Assembly (NCBI GenBank): GCA_965223515.1
Contig: CBDCWK010000001.1
Coordinates: 788,835-852,834 of the forward strand
Source: Phototrophicaceae bacterium
GTDB lineage: Bacteria > Chloroflexota > Anaerolineae > Aggregatilineales > Phototrophicaceae
DNA: 64,000 nucleotides
Reading direction: 5' to 3'
Shown here: one piece after another, positions 56,158-64,000 of the stretch
Layout of the letters: every line of letters begins with the position of its first letter
Numbering within the stretch: position 1 is the first letter of the stretch
Notes under the pieces: model-generated
The model's database searches: none
What the model saw: the letters and a program-made list of their open reading frames with translations, nothing else
Told to the model about the DNA's origin: nothing
Position numbers and translations under genes: made by a program

Positions 56158-57279
56158 TCACCCACTCAGCGCGTCAAAAGCCGCCTGACGGCTCTGTGCG
56201 GCGGCGAGCTGCTGGCTTTGCAGCTTGCGCGTCAAGTCGGCGAGGTCTGCCGCGATGGGCTTCAAGTCGATGCGATTGGCGCTGTTGATGGTTTCGACCC
56301 ACTGGGGACGCAGCGCGTCAATCCCATGCAGCGCGCCGGCGATCGCCCCGCCCATGCCGGCGATGGAATCGTTATCGCGCCCGTAATTGGTGGCGCCGAA
56401 GATGGTCTGCTCGAAGTCGCCGCCGGTCACCACCAGGAAGCCGAGCGCGACCGGCACTTCCTCGATGCTGTGCTCGCGGCTGGGATTCCAATAATTGCTG
56501 CCGTCACCGCGATGGGACTTGGCGTCATCGGGCGAGGTGTCGTATTCGCGCATGACATCGCGCAGGGGTCCGATGGCTTCGCGCCAGTCGGTCAGCGTGC
56601 TGGCACGGTCGGCGATGGCGGCGATGCAGTCGGCGGTGCCGTCTTTGGCGACGGTGAGCGCGGCGTCAATGATGGAGGCGACGGAGGCCTCCGGCTTGAA
56701 GGCTTCGGCGACGCAGGTGGCCATGACCGCCGCCGCTTCCAGGCCAAAGCTGTATTGATGGGCGCTGAAGACATCGACCGCTTCGGCATAGGCGCTCATG
56801 GGGTCGCAGGCGTTGACGATGCCGACGGGAGCGGCGTACATGGCGGCGCCACAGTTGACCATGTTGCCGACACCGCCCAGCCGCGGATCCGCATTGGCCA
56901 GCCAGCGCATGTAGAGCCACTTTTCCGGATAAAAGAGCCGGTCAACCAGCAGCATTTCCTGACCGCGCTCCGGTACCCAGCGCAGTTCGTGAGCCATCAT
57001 CGGCACGATGCGGCGCATGAATTCGTGGGCGTCCAGGTGATCGCCGCGCTCGATATAGCAGCGGCTGAGCAGTTGGATCATGTGGCTGTCATCGGTGTAG
57101 CGGCCATCACCCTTTCCGATGTCCGATGGTCCATCCCAGCCTTCGACCAAGTCGGTGATATAGCCATAGCGCGCGCGAATCTCATCCGGCATGTGCCACT
57201 CGGCGGGTCCACCCATGGCATCGCCGATGGCGCCGCCATACAAACAACCTTGAACTTTCTGCAACAATTGATGCGCCAC
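56158..57279 (-). CDS. ADP-ribosylglycohydrolase family protein
   Basis: N-terminal GCLYGGAIGDAMGGPAEW and C-terminal NDSIAGMGGAIAGALHG metal-site motifs. Confidence 0.9.
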   Translation of the reverse strand: MAHQLLQKVQGCLYGGAIGDAMGGPAEWHMPDEIRARYGYITDLVEGWDGPSDIGKGDGRYTDDSHMIQLLSRCYIERGDHLDAHEFMRRIVPMMAHELRWVPERGQEMLLVDRLFYPEKWLYMRWLANADPRLGGVGNMVNCGAAMYAAPVGIVNACDPMSAYAEAVDVFSAHQYSFGLEAAAVMATCVAEAFKPEASVASIIDAALTVAKDGTADCIAAIADRASTLTDWREAIGPLRDVMREYDTSPDDAKSHRGDGSNYWNPSREHSIEEVPVALGFLVVTGGDFEQTIFGATNYGRDNDSIAGMGGAIAGALHGIDALRPQWVETINSANRIDLKPIAADLADLTRKLQSQQLAAAQSRQAAFDALSG

Positions 57280-57337
57280 AGTCTTTCTCCAATCAGATGT
57301 TTAAGTCATCGAATTCAGTTACGAATAACGAAGCCAA

Positions 57338-58426
57338 CTACATGAAGCGTACCGAGTAAACCACCGCCAGATTATTCGTCAGGCAGCGCCAATTGTCGCC
57401 GCGATCATCGGAGACGTAGAAGTTGCCGGCGGTCGTGCCAAAAGCCAGCGTGTCGCCGGTTTTATCCAGCGCGTGGCGGAAGACCAGATCGTAGGCATTA
57501 TGCTGGGGCAAGCCGCTGCGCAGGTCCTGCCAGGTCAGGCCGCCATCTTGCGTGCGGCTGATGACCAGGGCGCGGTCGACCGGCACGCGATACTCGGCAC
57601 TGACCGCCGGCGCCACCCAAGCGCCATTCTCGTCTTCTTCGTCCACTGCCAGGGCAAAGCCGAAACCGGCCGGACCGCCGTTCTTATCGCAGATATCCTG
57701 CCATTGCCGTCCGCCATTTTTGCTGCGGAAGATGCCGCAATGATTCTGCTGCCAGAGCACATCGGGGTTGGATGGGCTGGCGAGGATGATATGCGGGTCG
57801 TGCCCGTGCTCGTTATGCGGGTCGGGCAGGTAATCGGCGAACAAGCCGCGGTTGCGCGCTTCCCAGGTTTCGCCGCCGTCGGTGCTCACGTAGACGCCGC
57901 CGACGCTGATGCCGATGGTCAAATGACGGCTGTCGCGCGGGTCGACCACGATGGCGACCGTGCCCGGATGATCGCGCCCGGCGCCGAACCAGTGCGTGTT
58001 GCTCGGGTGTTTCCAGAGTGTATCGACCAGGTGGAAGGAGTTGCCGCCGTCATCGCTGACGAAGAGTCCGCCCGGATCGGTACCGACATAGAGGCGATTC
58101 GGTTCTTCAGCGCCACCGGGTTCGATCAGCCAGATATAGTTGGTCTTGGCGGGCACGCTGAAGTCGGGTGGGACTTTCTCGCCTTCGGGATACTTGGGGG
58201 CTTCGACCTCTTCCCAGTTGGCGCCGCCATCGCGCGAGCGGTGCAGCTTGCCGCCCCAATGCCCGTGATCAAGGCTGACCCAGATAGTATCGGTGCGCTG
58301 GTCGCGGAAGGCATAGACCACCGGAATCGCTTCGAAGTACGCTGACTCGACTTGCCAATCGGAGCTGCCTTTGCGGCTCATAATCAGCAAGCCCTTGCGC
58401 GTGCCGACGAGGAGTTTTCTCTGCAT
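57338..58426 (-). CDS. BNR/Asp-box repeat beta-propeller protein (sialidase-fold / Ycf48-like)
   Basis: Six Asp-box motifs: SRDGGANW, SDDGGNSF, STDGGETW, SKNGGRQW, TQDGGLTW, SDDRGDNW. Confidence 0.8.
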   Translation of the reverse strand: MQRKLLVGTRKGLLIMSRKGSSDWQVESAYFEAIPVVYAFRDQRTDTIWVSLDHGHWGGKLHRSRDGGANWEEVEAPKYPEGEKVPPDFSVPAKTNYIWLIEPGGAEEPNRLYVGTDPGGLFVSDDGGNSFHLVDTLWKHPSNTHWFGAGRDHPGTVAIVVDPRDSRHLTIGISVGGVYVSTDGGETWEARNRGLFADYLPDPHNEHGHDPHIILASPSNPDVLWQQNHCGIFRSKNGGRQWQDICDKNGGPAGFGFALAVDEEDENGAWVAPAVSAEYRVPVDRALVISRTQDGGLTWQDLRSGLPQHNAYDLVFRHALDKTGDTLAFGTTAGNFYVSDDRGDNWRCLTNNLAVVYSVRFM

Positions 58427-58699
58427 CTAGCCCCCGGACAATGCCTGAACGATGAATATACTGGTGTCAGCGGAGACGCGGTCGGAGAGGGTCTGCTTGT
58501 CGCGCAGCAGTTCGTCGCCGACGAAGATGTTAACGTGTTTGCGCAGGGCGCCGGTCTCGTCGATGATGTAATCGCCCAGACCGCGCCAGCGCTGGTCGAT
58601 GGCGGAGACGATGTCGGCGACAGTGGCGGCTTCGATGCTGCATTCGCAGAGATCGGGGAAGAAGCGTTGTAGGTTGGGTGTGAATTTGACCTGCGCCAT
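58427..58699 (-). CDS. MoaD/ThiS-like ubiquitin-fold protein ending in Gly-Gly
   Basis: 90 aa; the C-terminus is ...IFIVQALSGG*. Its stop abuts the BNR gene start (TAGATG). Confidence 0.7.
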   Translation of the reverse strand: MAQVKFTPNLQRFFPDLCECSIEAATVADIVSAIDQRWRGLGDYIIDETGALRKHVNIFVGDELLRDKQTLSDRVSADTSIFIVQALSGG

Positions 58700-58850
58700 G
58701 GCGCTGCTCCGCGGCTGAGTATTGGGAGTAGATTAGAACGGATGCGGGGCGGGGTTGTCAATATTTAATCACCGAGTATACCGAGTTAAGGGAGTACAGC
58801 GAGGGGAAGTTTGAACCACGAAGACACAGAGGGCACAAAGAATGAATCGG

Positions 58851-58925
58851 TGTAGGGACGACTTTGTGAGTCGCACTCAGCGATATTGTTCTGACAATCG
58901 GGCGATCCACAGGATCGCCCCTACA
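58851..58925. repeat. Two family-A REP-like elements in inverted orientation
   Basis: tgtagggacgactttgtgagtcgca (58851-58875) and gggcgatccacaggatcgcccctaca (58900-58925). Confidence 0.65.
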
Positions 58926-58974
58926 AGGTTCCTTTAATAAAAAGGCACAGAGCTGTGTTTCATCTGCGGGGCGC

Positions 58975-60036
58975 TTAACAGCCGTGCCCGGAATCCAAAA
59001 CGGTATATTTAGGGAGGCCGTCGCTGCCGTTTCGCCGCAGATCATTGCTGCTGGCGACGATACGTGAATCCATCAACATTTGAATACCATGATTGGCATT
59101 GTCAATCACGATATTATTATGCACTTCCGCCATGGAGTGGAAATCAATCAGAATGCCGTTGCCGAATCGCATGCCGGCGCCAGAGACCGCAGCCTCTGTA
59201 TTTCGGACTACATTTCCGCAGATTGACGCCATGGACATATCGAAAACGTAGATGCCGGTTTCAGCGTTACGGTCGACGATGTTATCGGCCACCAAGGCGT
59301 GGGACATTTCGTCTATCGAAATACCATGCTGCTTATTAGCGGTAACAATGTTGTCTTCGATATAGATCATGCCGGTCATATTGGTGACGATCCCGCTAAG
59401 CGCATTGCCGGACACGGTGTTGCCGATGACGTAGGATGCAGCCCATTGCGTGGTATTGGTGATATGTATGCCTCGGCCATAAGGCGCGTTGGCATCGCGA
59501 ATGGTGTTGTTGCGAATATCGGCTGCGCCAAGCCGTACCTTGACGCCCACCAGACGACTGTCAGAGATAAGGTTATTGCGAATCGTGATGTTTTGGCTGC
59601 GCGTCACGAAAATGCCAAACTTGCCACCGCTGATGGTCAGGTTGTCGATGATCACATTTTCTGTGTCCGAAATCTGAATGACGGGCTCGTCGTCGGAGCC
59701 GGACAGAAGCACTGTGTCGCCCTCTTTGCTGCGCAGAGTCAGCGGGCGGTCAATAACGAGCGACTCCCTATAGGTCCCCTCCGCAACCTCTACAATGGCG
59801 TCGTCGGGCGCATATTCCAGCGCCGCGCTAATGGTCTCATAATCAGCCGGTACATGGATTATGAGCGCAAGGCCCGAACTACGGTATGTCGAAAGCAGAA
59901 GCACAACGCATGCAAGCATGGCTAAACGCCCGGAGAGGCCGAATACTCGATTCGCCAATCGAGCGAATTGCCTCAAAACGCTCGGTCGCTTTTGGAGAGC
60001 AACGCTTTGGAAATGTGTCATGTCAGCAACCTGCAT
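58975..60036 (-). CDS. Membrane-anchored right-handed parallel beta-helix repeat protein (pectate-lyase/NosD-like fold)
   Basis: N-terminal TM LAMLACVVLLLS followed by repeated I..N.I/V..N turns (IIDNLTIS, IRNNLISD, IRNNTIRD, IGNTVSGN, IEDNIVTAN, VADNIVDRN, ICGNVVRN, VHNNIVIDN). Its start overlaps the permease stop (TGATG); an alternative Met is at 60021. Confidence 0.75.
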   Translation of the reverse strand: MQVADMTHFQSVALQKRPSVLRQFARLANRVFGLSGRLAMLACVVLLLSTYRSSGLALIIHVPADYETISAALEYAPDDAIVEVAEGTYRESLVIDRPLTLRSKEGDTVLLSGSDDEPVIQISDTENVIIDNLTISGGKFGIFVTRSQNITIRNNLISDSRLVGVKVRLGAADIRNNTIRDANAPYGRGIHITNTTQWAASYVIGNTVSGNALSGIVTNMTGMIYIEDNIVTANKQHGISIDEMSHALVADNIVDRNAETGIYVFDMSMASICGNVVRNTEAAVSGAGMRFGNGILIDFHSMAEVHNNIVIDNANHGIQMLMDSRIVASSNDLRRNGSDGLPKYTVLDSGHGC

Positions 60037-60959
60037 CAGCCCTTCACTGCCCCGGCGGTCACGCCATGCACGAAATAGCGCTGCAGTGAGAAGAAGATAA
60101 TTAGTGGCACGATCATCGAAACGAAGGTGCCAGCTGCCAGCAGATTCCACTGAGATCCGTATTGACCCAGCAGTTCTCGGATTCCTGCGCTTAGGGGGAA
60201 CATCTTGGAATTTTGCAGGAAGATCAGCGCATTCAACAGATCATTCCAGACCCAAATAAATTGGAAAATTGCCAGCGATGCCAGCGCCGGCGTCGACAGC
60301 GGCAAGACGATGCGGAAGAAAATCACCAATTCCGATGCCCCGTCTACGCGAGCGGAATCGAAAACTTCGCTCGGTAAATCGGCGAAGAAATTGTAGAGCA
60401 GGAAAATGGCGAAAGGCGTCCCATAGGCGGTATGCGCCAGCCAGATACCGGGCCAGGTGCCCGCCAAGCCGAAGATATTGTAAATGCGCAACACGGGAAC
60501 CCAGGTCGTTTGCAGCGGGATGATTAGCAGCGCAATGACCAACAAATACAGCGTATTGCGAAAGGGAAAGTGCATCCAGGCGAAGCCATAGGCAGCCAGT
60601 GACGCGAAGAATATCGGCAGGATGGTAGATGGAATTGTGATGATGAGGGTATTCACGAAATTCTGGGCGATACCCGGTGGCGCTAGCTGACTGTTGCGCA
60701 GGACTTCGTCATAGTTGTCCAGACTCAGGCTACCCAGCTCATCGAAAACTGTCCACCAGCCGGAAGTGGCGATTTCTGACGGCGCGCGGAAGGAGGTTAT
60801 CAGTATGCCGAAAGACGGCGTCAGCCAAACAAAAGCCAGGAAAATCAACAGGAAGTGAACCGTGCCGCGGCGGGTCACTGAAATAAGCGTTTCGCTCCAG
60901 GATTGCTTCGGCAAAAACTTCGCCGTCTCTTGTCGGACGTGTGGTTGGGCTGAAGTCAT
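60036..60959 (-). CDS. CUT1 carbohydrate ABC transporter permease (MalG-like)
   Basis: Multi-TM with the EAA loop region DSARVDGASELVIFFRIVLPL. Confidence 0.9.
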   Translation of the reverse strand: MTSAQPHVRQETAKFLPKQSWSETLISVTRRGTVHFLLIFLAFVWLTPSFGILITSFRAPSEIATSGWWTVFDELGSLSLDNYDEVLRNSQLAPPGIAQNFVNTLIITIPSTILPIFFASLAAYGFAWMHFPFRNTLYLLVIALLIIPLQTTWVPVLRIYNIFGLAGTWPGIWLAHTAYGTPFAIFLLYNFFADLPSEVFDSARVDGASELVIFFRIVLPLSTPALASLAIFQFIWVWNDLLNALIFLQNSKMFPLSAGIRELLGQYGSQWNLLAAGTFVSMIVPLIIFFSLQRYFVHGVTAGAVKG

Positions 60960-61867
60960 GACAAACCAGCTCGAACTTGACGAATTTGATAAATGATCGC
61001 CGGAGTCACCAAAATAAAGAGGATAACCGCCACCGCGCTGCCATAGCCCACGCGATTGTTGCCGAATATTTCCCGCCAGACCGTGTAACCGATCACTCGT
61101 GTTGCGCCGCGAGGTCCGCCGTCTGTCATGACCAGCACTAGATCAACCATCTTCAAGGTATTGATGGTCAACATGATGGTCACGAAGGTCACCGGACGAA
61201 TCATCATCGGCAGGCTCACGCGCCAGAAGATCTGCCAGGCGGTGCCCCCGTCTACCCGCGCCGCTTCCAGGATCTCGCGCGGCAAGCCTTTGTAAGCAGC
61301 AGACAGCACTACGGTCGGAAGCCCGGCCGAGACCCAGGTAGCGGCAAAGATGATAGCGAGGTTCGCCAATTCCTTTCGTCCCAACCAGGCAATCGGCTCC
61401 ATGTCGGTAAAGATGCTTGTCATGGCGGCGTTTAGCACGCCTTTGGTCAGGTCGGGGCTGTAAACAAAAACGAAGATCACTGAGGCGGCGGTTGAAGAAA
61501 TTACCATCGGCAGAAAAATGATCGACTTGATGGTGGATTCGTAGCGAACTCGGTCGGAAAGAATGGCGATGAGCATGCCTATGCAAACTGTCATTGGCGG
61601 AAATATGAGTATCCACAGAGCCGTGTTGGGCAGCACGCCGCTCGGGGGCCAGCGATCCAGACGCAAAAAAGTATTGTCCGCTGTCAGCAACCGTTGGTAA
61701 TTTGCCAAGCCAACGAACTCCCGACCCGGATTCAGAATCGTGCCTTTGGTAAAACTCAAAAGTACGGTGTGAAGCGTGGGATAAACCAGGAAAACAACGA
61801 GTATACAGAGCGCAGGTCCTACAAATAGCAGGGGCAGCCATTTGCTGTGTCTGCCAATTGTCACCAC
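60956..61867 (-). CDS. CUT1 carbohydrate ABC transporter permease (MalF-like)
   Basis: EAA loop EAARVDGGTAWQIFWRVSLPM. ATGA overlap with the downstream permease. Confidence 0.9.
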   Translation of the reverse strand: MVTIGRHSKWLPLLFVGPALCILVVFLVYPTLHTVLLSFTKGTILNPGREFVGLANYQRLLTADNTFLRLDRWPPSGVLPNTALWILIFPPMTVCIGMLIAILSDRVRYESTIKSIIFLPMVISSTAASVIFVFVYSPDLTKGVLNAAMTSIFTDMEPIAWLGRKELANLAIIFAATWVSAGLPTVVLSAAYKGLPREILEAARVDGGTAWQIFWRVSLPMMIRPVTFVTIMLTINTLKMVDLVLVMTDGGPRGATRVIGYTVWREIFGNNRVGYGSAVAVILFILVTPAIIYQIRQVRAGLS

Positions 61868-62225
61868 CTTCGCCTCCTTGTAGAAATCGGGCCGTGATTA
61901 CGCGCCGGCTGGCGTCTGTCGATGTGCATAATTAGCCTCGGCAACGATGGTCAGCCTATGACACCGCCGGAAGTTTGATGATGTCGCACAATAGAACTCA
62001 CAGCGTGATCACACCCGCATTTGACTTGGGAACGCGAGCCTAATTGAGGAATCCGTCGGCGCCTTCCCGGTGCCGGTCTGGTGGCCGACGCCAATGGAGG
62101 AATGCCCCAGACGAATATCAATTAGCGCCTTCTAGAATCGCAAGCAGCCACAAGCGCATTCCATTGTTAAGACAAGACGCGGACAACCCACATGAATTGC
62201 CCGCGTCAGTAATCTTCAGATTGCG

Positions 62226-63506
62226 CTAGTAAGCGGCATCGGCAGCGTCTTCCAACGCTTCCAGGATATCCATCATGCTATCGGGATCTGCCAGGTAGTC
62301 TTGCAAGGCGACAAACATGGCGTCGCCGCCGACGGCTCCCGGCGCCAAGTCGGATCCATCAAAGACGAATACATCGGTCGCGCCGATTTGCTGCGCCTCT
62401 TTTGCTTTACAGGCGTCATACGATTCAAGCGGCACACCGGTATTGGGCGAAAGAATCGCACCCTCGGCGGCGGTCGCCCATATGGTTGCCGATTCGGGAC
62501 TGGCAAGCCAGTTCATCATGGCGCGCACTTCGGGCCGGTCGTTGAACATCATGATCACATCACCGCCACCCATCAAGGTGTCGCCGTGCATGTCGCCGGG
62601 TTCGGGGAAATCGAACCAATCGAAATCTTCGCCACAGACCAGATCGGGGAAGGTTTCGCTGATGATGCCACCGACGAAACTGCCGGACAGGAACAGCTCG
62701 GCAGCCGGGTTTTCCGGACGGAAGGCGGCGTCAATACCGGAGCGCAAGTCCGTTGAAAGCGCGCCGTCTACGCCGCCACCGATTCTCTCATCGGCTGGAT
62801 CAAAGATGCGGCGGAAGGTCTCCAGCGTCTCGACGACAGTCGGATCGGTCCACTCGACTTCGTGGGTCACAAACAGACCCTGATACATCTCAGGACCGGC
62901 AATGCTGACATACAGCGTTTCGAACCAGTCCGTCAGCACCCAAGCGGAGCCCGCGGTAACCATGAAGGGAACTTGCCCATTGGCAACGTAAGCATCGCCA
63001 AGCGCCACAAGCTCATCGTATGTGGTCGGGACTTCCGCGCCCAGCGCCGCCAGCGAGGCCGGCTTGTACCAGAAGGTGCCCTTCGAAGAGACCTTTACCA
63101 TGAAGCCGTAAAGTTCCCCATCTATCGTACCAATCTGCAGCAAACTGGCGGGTGTGTCAGCCAGCGCTTCCGCTGACAAGACCGGATCATCGCCACTGCT
63201 CAACGGAATCAGCGCGCCGTCACGCGCGAAACTGGCGGTCACGCCCGGGCGCGGCATTTGCGCCAGATCGGGAGCGTTGCCACCGGCGACCAGCGGACCA
63301 AGATCGACCTCAATACTTGACAGGCTGAGAATCTCGTAGGCAATACCGGAGCCTTCCAGCACTTCTACGAAGGCAGCCAATTCTGCGCCGCCCCAGCCAG
63401 TGGCAATCTTGACCGGTTGGGCATCTTGAGCGCTGATGGGCACCACCAGCAACACCACAAACATGAGTATTACAACGAGTCGGGCTAACTGCTTTGACCT
63501 AAACAT
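62226..63506 (-). CDS. Family 1 extracellular solute-binding protein (sugar)
   Basis: Signal/anchor LARLVVILMFVVLLVVPISA. SBP_bac_1-like length. Start at ORF Met 30, preceded by AGGAG. Confidence 0.85.
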   Translation of the reverse strand: MFRSKQLARLVVILMFVVLLVVPISAQDAQPVKIATGWGGAELAAFVEVLEGSGIAYEILSLSSIEVDLGPLVAGGNAPDLAQMPRPGVTASFARDGALIPLSSGDDPVLSAEALADTPASLLQIGTIDGELYGFMVKVSSKGTFWYKPASLAALGAEVPTTYDELVALGDAYVANGQVPFMVTAGSAWVLTDWFETLYVSIAGPEMYQGLFVTHEVEWTDPTVVETLETFRRIFDPADERIGGGVDGALSTDLRSGIDAAFRPENPAAELFLSGSFVGGIISETFPDLVCGEDFDWFDFPEPGDMHGDTLMGGGDVIMMFNDRPEVRAMMNWLASPESATIWATAAEGAILSPNTGVPLESYDACKAKEAQQIGATDVFVFDGSDLAPGAVGGDAMFVALQDYLADPDSMMDILEALEDAADAAY

Positions 63507-63738
63507 AGTTCTGTCTCCTAAACAGCAATCTAGTAGAACATTCTTTGCGAGCGAAATATTCTCACAATAGAGGTTGGGGAGGTTTACGCTCACGAGCGAT
63601 CCGCCCGATCAGCGACGGGTGTGTGTGGCGGGCAACCTGTATTGTGAACCAGAGTATAACGCAAAGTGCTCGCGGCGCAAAAAAGAGGGGGTTTGGCGGG
63701 GCGGAGGGGTTTTTCTTTACCACCGAGTGCGCCGAGTT

Positions 63739-64000
63739 TGAACTTGCCCCGTTTTGGTGGACAGTGATTTTGTCTAATCGTCAGCGAGTTCATACTGTGC
63801 CGGGCTAAGGAAGCCCAAGGCAGAATGCCGTCGCTGCCGGTTGTACCAAATCTCTATGAAATCGAACACAGCTTGCCGAGCCTCTTGAATTGTAGCAAAG
63901 CGTATAGCTGAACATTCCGTTTTCAGAGTCGCGAAGAAACTCTCCATCATGGCATTGTCATAGCAGTTTCCGGCAGCGCTCATGCTGGCTTGGATACGAT
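63739..64000 (-). mobile_element. Second copy of the same IS3-family element (truncated by the window end)
   Basis: All 262 nt from 63739 to the window end are identical to 53346-53607, including the IR and the OrfB C-terminus. Same orientation as copy 1. Confidence 0.9.

Noticed and set aside
56158-57279. ADP-ribosylglycohydrolase as part of the TIR system, as a degrader of ADPR-type signals
   Set aside because: It is separated from the TIR gene by the methylase stub and a repeat. It has the high-GC look of backbone genes and belongs to a different co-directional operon with the Ubl and BNR genes. A functional link is possible but not supported by the layout.
56218-57345. 375-aa plus-strand ORF opposite the ADP-ribosylglycohydrolase gene
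   Set aside because: Antisense shadow ORF with Gly/Ala/Asp/Val-rich junk. The minus strand carries clear family motifs.
57473-58345. 290-aa plus-strand ORF opposite the BNR gene
   Set aside because: Antisense shadow. The six Asp-boxes are on the minus strand.
54591-63738. Composite transposon formed by the two IS3 copies
   Set aside because: Copy 1 has its own GGT target duplication on both sides, which argues for an independent simple insertion. The far end of copy 2 is outside the window, so mobilisation as a unit is unsupported.
1-64000. rRNA, tRNA, riboswitch or CRISPR features
   Set aside because: I scanned the intergenic regions by eye and found no cloverleaf-like or rRNA-like segments and no short repeat-spacer arrays. 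A covariance-model scan (Infernal/tRNAscan) would be needed to exclude small ncRNAs.

Overview
High-GC bacterial chromosomal window. Gene content and short intergenic repeat families suggest a Chloroflexota-like organism, but that is a low-confidence inference. The backbone is carbohydrate uptake and catabolism: (1) a rhamnose-type locus with the rhaB tail, a CUT2 ABC transporter, a class II aldolase and an ASRT-family protein; (2) a ManNAc/oligosaccharide locus on the minus strand with two Gfo/Idh/MocA oxidoreductases, nanE, a ROK kinase, a PhyH oxygenase, an Opp/Dpp-type ABC transporter and a GntR-PBP1 regulator; (3) a UlaE/UlaD-like epimerase, Zn-dehydrogenase and hexulose-phosphate synthase set; (4) ThuA plus tandemly duplicated Gfo/Idh/MocA genes; (5) an IlvD/Edd dehydratase; (6) a CUT1 ABC transporter with a beta-helix protein. 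Housekeeping genes ychF, hemB, a SulP transporter and a fused indolepyruvate:ferredoxin oxidoreductase are interspersed. Several visibly AT-richer accessory islets carry conflict-system genes. (a) 26.7-30.1 kb: a translationally coupled EcoRI-like adenine methyltransferase, an ApeA-like HEPN protein and a DUF262-HNH nuclease, wedged between two paralogous divergent acyl-CoA-dehydrogenase-fold genes. (b) 43.3-44.9 kb: a DNA methyltransferase-HNH fusion preceded by a 17-nt homopolymer at promoter-spacer position. (c) 53.3-56.15 kb: an IS3-family element, a ThsB-like TIR protein with a 4-TM partner (best candidate for an undescribed defence module), and the dead C-terminal stub of an R-M/BREX-type methylase. 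Other oddities: an OppF ATPase fused to a TM helix and three extracytoplasmic PPC-like repeats, three frameshifted genes (hemB, sulP, a DAO-type oxidoreductase), a retained old 3' end of the dehydratase gene, a Ubl(GG)-BNR-ADP-ribosylglycohydrolase operon, and three families of short intergenic repeats. I recognised no rRNA, tRNA or CRISPR array. All homology calls come from motif recognition by eye. No database search was run.
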